Shown here piece by piece: positions 22,381-32,213 of a stretch of DNA of 64,000 nt; within the stretch, counting starts at the first letter, position 1; each line of letters starts with the position of its first letter. This DNA comes from Macrostomum hystrix (taxonomy: Eukaryota; Animalia; Platyhelminthes), in assembly GCA_950097015.1 (NCBI GenBank), contig CATNEN010000007.1:7564001-7628000 (forward strand). The letters run 5' to 3'. Both the position numbers and the translations under genes were made by a program. The notes below the pieces were generated by a model. It did not search any database. It worked only from the letters and a program-made list of their open reading frames with translations, and was not told the DNA's origin.

Positions 22381-24162
22381 ATGAGGCTTCTCTTCTGTTG
22401 CACAATTCTGCTGGTCGCTGCGGCCCTGAAGTTTGGTAAGGCTGCACTAAATCAGACTGTCAATGACTCGTAAAATACAGAGATTCCTGGGCGTTCAGTG
22501 TACTGGGAGCACACTGAGATTACACTGAGATTACACTGAGATAACACTGAGATAACAATGAGATTACACTGAGATAACACTAAGATCACACTGAGATCAC
22601 ACTGAGATTACACTGAGATAACACTAAGATCACACTGAGATTACACTAAGATCACACTGAGATTACACTGAGATCACACTGATACCACACTGAGATTACA
22701 CTGAGATTACACTGAGATAACAATGAGATCACACTGAGATAACACTGAGATCACACTGAGATAACACTGAGATAACACTAAGATCACACTGAGATTACAC
22801 TAAGATCACACTGAGATTACACTGAGATCACACTGAGATTACACTGAGATAACACTAAGATCACACTGAGATCACACTGAGATTACACTGAGATAACACT
22901 AAGATCACACTGAGATTACACTGAGATCACACTGAGATTACACTGAGATCACACTGAGATTACACTGAGATTACACTGAGATTACACTGAGATTACACTG
23001 AGATCACACTGAGACAACAATGAGATCACACTGAGATTACACTGAGATTACACTGAGATTACACTGAGATTACACTGAGATTACACTGAGATCACACTGA
23101 GACAACAATGAGATCACACTGAGATTACACTGAGATTACACTGAGATTACACTGAGATCACACTGAGATCACACTGAGATCACACTGAGATTACACTGAG
23201 ATTACACTGAGATCACACTGAGACAACAATGAGATCACACTGAGATTACACTGAGATCACACTGAGATAACAATGAGATTACACTGAGATTACACTGAGA
23301 TTACACTGAGATCACACTGAGATCACACTGAGATAACAATGAGATTACACTGAGATTACACTGAGATTACACTGAGATCACACTGAGATAACAATGAGAT
23401 TACACTGAGATTACACTAAGATTACACTGAGATTACACTGAGATTACACTAAGATCACACTGAGATTACACTGAGATCACACTGATACCACACTGAGATT
23501 ACACTGAGATTACACTGAGATCACACTGAGATTACACTGAGATAACAATGAGATCACACTGAGATAACACTGAGATAACACTAAGATCACACTGAGATTA
23601 CACTGAGATCACACTGAGATTACACTGAGATCACACTGAGATTACACTGAGATAACACTAAGATCACACTGAGATTACACTGAGATCACACTGATACCAC
23701 ACTGAGATAACAATGAGATCACACTGAGATTACACTGAGATCACACTGAGATTACACTGAGATCACACTGATATCACACTGAGATCACACTGAGATCACA
23801 CTGAGATCACACTGAGATCACACTGATATCACACTGAGATTACACTGAGATCACACTGAGATCACACTGAGATCACACTGAGATCACACTGAGATCACAC
23901 TGAGATCACACTGAGTCTCTCTTCTATTTCAGATGTATGCGCAGCCGCCCCGGCCACCAGACCTCCTGAATGCGGCGCCGCGGTTGCCTTGACTAACATG
24001 CAGCAGCCGTGGAAGTCTCACCACAGGCGGATCGAGCTCGAGCAGGTTTTGAAGCAATTCAGACACGGAAATCAACGGAGAACGCCCAAGATGCCCCACT
24101 GGACTACATGGCCGCAATCCGCAGGTCCTCGGTACAGAGTCAGGTCGATGATACTTCAATAG
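22381..24162 (+). CDS. Small secreted basic peptide precursor (94 aa, MRLL...MILQ*), cluster gene C
   Basis: Exon 22381-22435 (MRLLFCCTILLVAAALKF-G|GTAAGG), phase 1 to TTCTATTTCAG|23933-24162: DVCAAAPATRPPECGAAVALTNMQQPWKSHHRRIELEQVLKQFRHGNQRRTPKMPHWTTWPQSAGPRYRVRSMILQ*. AATAAA at 24232. Absent from the ORF track. Confidence 0.85.
22509..23915. repeat. 11-bp minisatellite filling the intron of gene C
   Basis: Unit ACACTGAGAT(T/C/A); ends ~17 nt before the acceptor AG. Confidence 0.97.
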
Positions 24163-24419
24163 AGAGCCATGATAATGAACAGATTTAACTGGCTGCATCT
24201 GAGTAAACATTTCGCTTTTCGGTTGTAAGGAAATAAATATTTTTATAATGCTTACTATTGAAATTTTATTGAGGCGAAGCACATTAGTACTAATTAGTTT
24301 GTATTCAGGAACACGATGTTCTAAGATGGTCTGGGCCTATTAAGTGATGTTAAGCAGGTGACTGTGATAAAACTAAAGCAGCAGTGTTTTCTGTACCTAC
24401 TGCTAGTTACCTCAGGCAG

Positions 24420-24772
24420 TAGTTAATTGTCGCCATAGGTAACTGTCGCCATAGGTAACTGTCGCCGTAGGTAACTGTCGCTGTAGTTAACTGTCGCCAT
24501 AGGTAACTGTCGCCATAGGTAACTGTCGCCGTAGGTAACTGTCGCTGTAGTTAACTGTCGCCATAGGTAACTGTCGCCATAGGTAACTGTCGCCGTAGGT
24601 AACTGTCGCCATAGTTAACTGTCGCCATAGGTAACTGTCGCCATAAGTAACTTTCGCCTTAGGTAACTGTCGCCATTGGTAACTGTCGCCATAGGTAAGT
24701 TTCGCCATAAGTAAGTTTCGCCATAGGTAACTGTCGCCGTAGGTAACTGTCGTCATAGGTAACTGTCGCCGT
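24420..24772. repeat. 16-bp minisatellite
   Basis: Unit AACTGTCGCCATAGGT. Confidence 0.95.
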
Positions 24773-25080
24773 TAAATTAACTAGTAACAATAAACTGCGT
24801 GCACTTTAAGACCAAAATGTGTCAAATCATATTGCTCCTCGCTGCAAAAAAATTCTTTCCTACGATTTTTTTGAAATATCATATTTCTCATCTCAAATGT
24901 CATAGTTTCTCTCATTTTGTGGAAAATTAGCACCAAGGCGTGAAATATTAATTTCTTTCGGCTTTCTTATGGTAAGAAAACTTTTCAACAGTCTGAAATT
25001 GCTCAAATTAATCAAAATCTGAGTGGGCTTGCCACTCGACATTGCGAAGGGCTGAAAAATAAATTGCTGAAAGAATCTAG

Positions 25081-25086
25081 TATAAA
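25081..25086 (+). promoter_or_regulatory. TATA box of cluster gene D
   Basis: TATAAA 83 bp upstream of ATG 25164. Confidence 0.55.
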
Positions 25087-25163
25087 TGGTAAGCGTTAAA
25101 AACTCCTGTGTTAAGGATAACTTCATTTTACTGGTTTATACTTATTCCAATTCGCCTTAGGAA

Positions 25164-25571
25164 ATGAGGCTTCTCTGTGCTGCTTTTCTATTCATTGCCG
25201 TTGTCATGGTAATGGGTGAGTAAGGATTTGTAAGTGAGTGAGTGAGTGAGTGAGTGAGTGAGTGAGTGAGTGAGTGAGTGAGTGAGTGAGTGAGTGAGTG
25301 AGTGAGTGAGTGAGTGAGTGAGTGAGTGAGTTAGTGAGTGAGTGATGTGATGATTTGCACTACTCTAGTTTCAGATGAGGCGGCTGCATCGCCAACCGTC
25401 AGCCCAGCCAACCAGGCCGCATCGGCTTCGCCAAAGGCGGGCCAAGCCCTGGCCAACCTGCTGGCCAAGCTGAGGCGGCTGCTGCCGAGGCTGAAGCAGT
25501 CTGAAACGAACACCGAGCCCGAGCCGGAGATGCGCCTGCTCAGCGCTGATGAGGCCATGATCCTCCAGTAG
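25164..25571 (+). CDS. Small secreted peptide precursor (82 aa, MRLL...MILQ*) with amphipathic cationic helix, cluster gene D
   Basis: Exon 25164-25215 (MRLLCAAFLFIAVVMVM-G|GTGAGT), phase 1 to TTTCAG|25375-25571: DEAAASPTVSPANQAASASPKAGQALANLLAKLRRLLPRLKQSETNTEPEPEMRLLSADEAMILQ*. Confidence 0.85.
25233..25345. repeat. (GAGT)n microsatellite in intron of gene D
   Basis: Direct reading. Confidence 0.95.
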
Positions 25572-25951
25572 AGTCAATGGGTCAGCTCAAAATCCATGAT
25601 AAAATGCAAGCTTAGAAAGTGATCTCAATTTTCTATTTATGTTTGACAAATTTATAATTTCTATTTCTATTCTAAAAACTGCGGTGAAGGTGCGGATAGT
25701 TGCAAAAAAATTAATAACTTGTAAGACGGACGAAAAATTGAATGCCTTCAACTTTGAGAGTTAAAAAAATTATTTTTCAACCATTGCAATAATAGATTAT
25801 AATTAAATCAAAATTTATTTTAAATACAAGATTCATAGTGTGAGCAAATAATTTCGCGTGGTAGATTTTTAGTGCGTTAATAGCTTTAGGTAATATTAGA
25901 CTGATGGAAAAATTTGTATACGAAGTAGGACCTACTTTAAGTTGTACGTCG

Positions 25952-26111
25952 GTCAGAAGGAGTACATCATGGCAGCCCTGTGTACACAGGATCAGTCAGA
26001 AGGAGTACATCATGGCAGCCCTGTGTACACAGGATCAGTCAGAAGGAGTACATCATGGCAGCCCTGTGTACACAGGATCAGTCAGAAGGAGTACATCATG
26101 GCAGCCCTGTG
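25952..26111. repeat. 43-bp tandem repeat overlapping the glycosyltransferase stop codon
   Basis: Unit GTCAGAAGGAGTACATCATGGCAGCCCTGTGTACACAGGATCA at 25952, 25995, 26038, 26081 (partial). Confidence 0.93.
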
Positions 26112-28151
26112 CAGCCTATGCCAGGTGCTTGACTGCAGTCCATTGTGCCGGTCAACCATGAAGATGTTGTTGACGATGGCCCTGCCTGTATGGCTGGGCA
26201 GTAGGTCGGCCCACAGGTTGCCGGGGACGGTGGGCTGTTGCGGCAGGCCGAGGCGGTGGGCCAGGATGCCGAGTATGTAGACGTCATCAATCCAGAGGGG
26301 CCTGGAGAACACTGAGCACCAGTAGAGCAGCTGGACCAGCGTCGGCTTGATGATGTAGGCATAGCCTTCGCAATACTTCGGGAACTTGTCGTCCGGGAAC
26401 TCCTGGCGGGTCAGGAACCATTTGTCTGCGGGCTCTCGCTCCGGCTTGCCGCCCTGCACCTTGCAGCAGAGGCCGGCCCCGGGCTGGAAGGCGCCTAGGA
26501 AAGCGTCCAGGTGGAAGACGTCAACAAACACATCGTCGTCCAGTTTGACCAGCCAGTCGGCGGACTGGCAGAACTCGGCCAGCCAGTCAAACAGGCCGAG
26601 ATGCTTCACCGTCATGTTGCGGTAGGTGTCGGCGAAGTCGCGCTGGACAATGTCCCGATGCCTGGCGGCCTCCGCCGTCACCGCCGCCTGCCGAGAGTCG
26701 GCATCCGGGCCCACAGGCCGGCCCAGGAAGAAGGCGAGCAGCAGCCGGCGGCCGCGGACGTAGCGCACGCTGCCCCAAGTCTGGCGAATCACCCGCCTCC
26801 TATCGGCATGGTCGACGGCCGAATGGACAGCCAGGACGATGGAGACCCGCCCGGTGCAGGGGCCGAAGTTCTCCAGATAGGGGAAGTCAACGAAGCCGAT
26901 GGGAGCCCGCGGCGGCTGCTGCGTCGACTGCAGCGACGGCTGCTCTGTGTCGTTGCTAGGGACGCTGCAGCGGGCCTCGAGCATCTGATACTGAGGCGAG
27001 TCGGGTCCGCCGTTTGGAAAATGGCGCCTCACCTGAAGTAGGGGTTTATTGAGGTTTCGGGACCTTCAGCACCAGCCTGTGGCACAGCGGCTGCCATTGC
27101 GCATCTCTTTCAAAGGATGTGTACAGCTGTTCTGTCCATAGACTTCAGGACAACTAAACGGTATTCATTCATTTCAGGAATTAATAGTCATGCTCACGGA
27201 CACAAATTCACGGACCCTGTTCCCGAATCCGCGGCGAGGCCTCAGGACCGATCGCAAGGCACTGAGAGTGTACACAGCCTGATGAGGAGAAAGTCTGGGC
27301 AGATGTGTGTGTGTGAGTGTGTGTGAGTGTGTGTGTACGAGTATGTGTGTGTGTGTGTGTGGGTGTGTGAATAATAGTTAAATAATAGTTTATTACACCT
27401 GCCCCAATCGGGCCACATGTGCAGCGGCAGCTATTGCGCGGCGTATCTGAAGGCTACATACGGCTGTTCAGTCCATGGACTGGGGGACGCCACACCCACC
27501 TTCAATTACCCCAGCTGATGCCGGTACCCATTTAACAGCTGGGTGAACTGAAGCAATGCAGAGTCAGATGTCTTGCTAAACGACACAAATTGTTCCAGGT
27601 TAACCGGAAATTAAACCCCCGACTTTCAAGTCGTGAGGCCGACGCTCTGACCACAAGGCAAGAACCTCCAGTGCTTAGGGGTCAGCGGAATGGGCAGAAT
27701 CGCCTCTTCGCTGGCTGCGGGTCCGAAATGATTTTCCTGCAACCCGCGGCCTGTTGTGATTATTATTTCTATCAATGATTCTCAGAGACACAATGAGTAG
27801 CTGCAGGCGAACCTTGGCCCAGTAGGAATTGCTCAGCTGCTGCAGCAGGCGCGAGTTGCTCGAATTGCCTTCGCCAGCTGACTTCGTGGGCACCGGCGGC
27901 GTCTCCAGCAGCAGCCGTCGGTACGCAGACGAATCGCCTGTTGACGGCGAAGTCAACTGGGCGAGGCGACGCGATCTCGCCGAAGCAGAGAACGAAGGCG
28001 AGGTCAGGAGGAGCAGCAGCGCGGACACCAGCAGCGTGGCGAAGCCCGCTTGGGCCAGTCGCCAGCGAAGTCGCCGACGATGCGACCAGAAGACGGCCGC
28101 GACTGCGACGGCGGTGCGCGAGTCGAAGAACTCCGCGCCTGACGGCGGCAT
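26082..28151 (-). CDS. GT31 beta-1,3-galactosyltransferase-like type II membrane glycosyltransferase
   Basis: Exons 28151-27813 (ATG; TM AGFATLLVSALLLLL; AAG|GTTCGC) and 27032-26082, phase 0. Motifs RRVIRQTWG, DIVQRDFADTYRNMTVK, KLDDDVFV (DxD), FPKYCEGYAY, WIDDVYILG. Confidence 0.93.
27200..27330 (+). mobile_element. Degenerate SINE-like element (family 2)
   Basis: CGAATCCGCGGCGAGGCC...GTGTACACAGCCT..GAGAAAGTC shared with 55430-55570. Confidence 0.5.
27445..27660 (-). mobile_element. tRNA-derived CORE-like SINE (family 1) in glycosyltransferase intron
   Basis: Reverse complement aligns over ~215 bp with 14180-14400. Confidence 0.85.
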
Positions 28152-29037
28152 GCCGCTCGGGCTCGAATGTCGGATTCTAGCGAAATGTTGCTAGTGATGA
28201 CAGCCACTGCTGCTGCTGCTGCTGCCGCTGCTGCTGCCGCTGCTGCTGCCACGCGATGGTGATAGCTCACCCTTCTTATCTTTCAACTTTTTGAGACCGA
28301 CTACAATTTCCTGACTGCCTGCCCAGCCCGTCTCTTGCATCTTCTCTTCGTTCCTCTTTGCTTTTCTTTCTACTGCTGTCTTCTGCGTCTCCCCCCCCGG
28401 AGCTGATCCCCCGGCCTTCCCACCCGACCTCCACCCCGCCTCGGCAGGCAGTGTTTGCAGGCAGCAATCGCCAAGCTGCTGGGATGGGTTAGATGGGTTG
28501 GGACAAGACTGCGCTGCTGCTCCCCAGTGTCTCCCGTCTCCAAGGCTGCCACGCTTCCTTTCCCGTTCTCTCTGACCATCGACCCCATTGGGCCGTTTTC
28601 ACCCATCTCCTCTTTCCCAATTCTCCCAATCTCTCTCCTCTGAATTCTCCTCAGCTATTTTGAGCTCTCTCTCACTCGAACTGTCCGCTGCTCGACGCTT
28701 TTCACTCAAGGGCTTTTTGCCATGGGTTCGAGTTCCCGTGTCTCGGTATTTTTGGCAGCTTTTTTTGGCCTATGGCTTTCGTCATTATAACGCACAGGTA
28801 CGGCAGATCCTGTTAGCTTGAGCTGGGCGAGTGTGCAGAGAATCTGCTCAGCCTGCTCAACTGTACTCACGATGCGATGAGATGCTCAGCGAGAACTGGA
28901 GTTCTTTTCGATTCCCCGAGCGGATTTCTGTTTGTCAGGAGTGCAGGAAAGTGCTGGGTGGGATAAATCTCCCCGAAGGTTTCGGTCGGTCTGCGGCCAC
29001 ACCCGAAATCGCCCGTCCTCTCAGTGCAATGAAGACC

Positions 29038-29257
29038 ACCCCCCAGCCCCCAGCTCATTCTGCACTCCAAGCTGGCCAGACCCCCCCCAGCACCCAGCTC
29101 ATTCTGCACTCCAAGCTGGCCAGACCCCCCCCAGCACCCAGCTCATTCTGCACTCCAAGCTGACCAGACCCCCCCCCAGCACCCAGCTCATTCTGCACTC
29201 CAAGCTGACCAGACCCCCCCCAGCACCCAGCTCATTCTGCACTCCAAGCTGGCCAGA
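29038..29257. repeat. ~43-bp tandem repeat, ~5 copies
   Basis: Unit CCCCCCCAGCACCCAGCTCATTCTGCACTCCAAGCTG(G/A)CCAGAC. Confidence 0.92.
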
Positions 29258-29389
29258 TGTCTTAGCCCAATATCGAATTGGAAAATGCTAGCTGACAGTG
29301 AAATTTGAAATCTGAAAACAATGAAGGGAAACCAGAGCGGGACACTGAACACTGGAGATAAAAAGTAAAATGTGCTTAGATGAAGCTTG

Positions 29390-29835
29390 AAGGTGGAAGC
29401 TGGAAGCGGAAACTGAAACTGCGAGTAGAAATTCAAATGGAAACTGGAAGTGGAAACTGGAAGTGGAAACTGGAAATATGAACTGGAACTAAAAAATGGA
29501 AGTGGAACTGGAAGTCGAAAATTGATATGGAAACCGGAAGTGGAAACTGGAAGTGGAACTGGAATTGGAAACCGGAAGTGGAAACTGGAAGTGGAACTGG
29601 AAGTGGAAACCGGAAGTGGAAACTGGAAGTGGAACTGGAAGTGGAAACCGGAAGTGGAAACTGGAAGTGGAACTGGAAGTCGAAAATGGATATGGAAGCT
29701 GGAAGTCGAAAATGGATATGGAAACTGGAAGTGGAAACTAAAAGTGGAAACTGGGAGTGGAAACTGGAAGTCGAAAATGGATATGGAAACCGGAAGTGGA
29801 AACTGGAAGTGGAAACCGGAAGTGGAAACTGGAAT
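29390..29835. repeat. 12/13-bp degenerate minisatellite
   Basis: Unit GGAAGTGGAAACT / GGAAGTGGAACT. Confidence 0.9.
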
Positions 29836-30269
29836 TACTTCCAGTCTCTACTGGAACTACTTACTGGCCTCTTCGTACAACGAGTACATATAGTCGTAGA
29901 TGTAGACTTATATTAGGAAAAAATTTTTCGATTTGTTTCAAATCAATGAACAGTTGAAATCAAATAAGCAAAAAGGGTATGAATTATTTTTGGTTAGAGA
30001 ATAGTTACTTTATTTTCCGATTTTTCCGCATTTATTTATAATCAGTATGCACTTTAAACATATACAATATGATCTGTTCATCGCAATGCTTAAACACTTA
30101 ATCAGGCAAATTTGAAATTGAAAATTGCAAAAGTCATGGAAATTTAGGATTTAAGCACAGTTTGGATTGCACTGCTGTAATCATGTAATGCTGCAGCCAT
30201 GCCCAGCTCACACATATGTCTATGGGCTAAACCGATTTGTCTTGGCAGTTTATGGTTGACCTCGATTTC

Positions 30270-31405
30270 AAGATGTGGGTTCGTGCTTCGATTCTAGATG
30301 TGGGTTCCTGCTTCGATTCTAGATGTGGGTTCGTGCTTCGATTCTAGATGTGTGGTTCCTGCTTCGATTCTAGATGTGGGTTCGTGCTTCGATTCTAGAT
30401 GTGTGGTTCCTGCTTCGATTCTAGATGTGGGTTCGTGCTTCGATTCTAGATGTGGGTTCGTGCTTCGATTCTAGATGTGGGTTCGTGCTTCGATTCTAGA
30501 TGTGTGGTTCCTGCTTCGATTCTAGATGTGTGGTTCCTGCTTCGATTCTAGATGTGTGGTTCCTGCTTCGATTCTAGATGTGGGTTCGTGCTTCGATTCT
30601 AGATGTGGGTTCGTGCTTCGATTCTAGATGTGGGTTCGTGCTTCGATTCTAGATGTGGGTTCGTGCTTCGATTCTAGATTTGGTTTCCTGCTTCGATTCT
30701 AGATGTGGGTTCGTGCTTCGATTCTAGATGTGGGTTCGTGCTTCGATTCTAGATGTGGGTTCGTGCTTCGATTCTAGATGTGGGTTCGTGCTTCGATTCT
30801 AGATGTGGGTTCCTGCTTCGATTCTAGATGTGTGGTTCCTGCTTCGATTCTAGATGTGTGGTTCCTGCTTCGATTCTAGATGTGGGTTCGTGCTTCGATT
30901 CTAGATGTGGGTTCGTGCTTCGATTCTAGATGTGGGTTCGTGCTTCGATTCTATATGTGGGTTCGCGCTTCGATTCTAGATGTGGGTTCGTGCTTCGATT
31001 CTAGATGTGGTTTCCTGCTTCGATTCTAGATGTGGGTTCGTGCTTCGATTCTAGATGTGGGTTCGTGCTTCGATTCTAGATGTGGGTTCGTGCTTCGATT
31101 CTAGATGTGGGTTCGTGCTTCGATTCTAGATGTGGGTTCGTGCTTCGATTCTAGATGTGGGTTCGTGCTTCGATTCTAGATGTGGGTTCGTGCTTCGATT
31201 CTAGATGTGGGTTCGTGCTTCGATTCTAGATGTGGTTTCCTGCTTCGATTCTAGATGTGGGTTCGTGCTTCGATTCTAGATGTGGGTTCGTGCTTCGATT
31301 CTATATGTGGGTTCGCGCTTCGATTCTAGATGTGGGTTCGCGCTTCGATTCTAGATGTGTGGTTCCTGCTTCGATTCTAGATGTGGGTTCCTGCTTCGAT
31401 GTGGG
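30270..31405. repeat. 25/26-bp minisatellite
   Basis: Unit GATGTGGGTTCGTGCTTCGATTCTA. Confidence 0.97.
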
Positions 31406-32213
31406 AGATTTAGGAGATGCAGGAGATTCGGGTTCCTGTGGGTTCCTTTGGGTACCTAATAGATCCTGGAACGATTTATTTGTAACAATATAAACAATAG
31501 GTCATTTTTAGCATTGAGTATTTAAGCATTAGCGTGGCAAGCCAGTGCAAGCAGAAATCTAATTTCTGAGCTATTTAGGCCATATTTACCATGGCAAACT
31601 TACCAAATGGAGTGGCTGTTTGCCATTGTAAATTTACTAATAACGTAGTTTTTAATTATTTGGCGCGAATATTAATCATTGTATAGGAAAAATAATCGGT
31701 TCGACTATATAGTTATTTCACAAGGTAACAAGGAAATGCACGGACAAAATGTGAAACCAACAGGTTGACAATAAACTGAGCATGTGGAGATCAGAAAGAA
31801 CTCAGAAAGTTGCTAGGAACTGTTAACTCTACCCGTGTGGCTAAGCGGTGTGTAAGATGATGTTCGTTTAGCAAAGTTTACACAACAGAAAAACCCGGAT
31901 AAAAGTACCGTCTTAACCTTTCCGAAAAAGTAATGTATTTTTCATGTTTTAGCAATCAAGCAATCAATATGCTCGGTAGGGAAACAAAATTAATTTTCAG
32001 ATGTTCACAGAAATTTCATTCGCTTGAAATGTTTTGTTACTATAAGTAGTATTCGACAGGCCGTGAGTTCATATTACAAATTTGGATAAATTCAAACTCG
32101 TTGCATTGCTCCGAAGTAGTCGGTCAGTTTGAGCAGTTGGGATTCGAGTGGAAAAAAGTGGCCATAGATCTGGGATCACGAATTTTGAGGCGGGTCGGGG
32201 TGGAACGGGAGAA

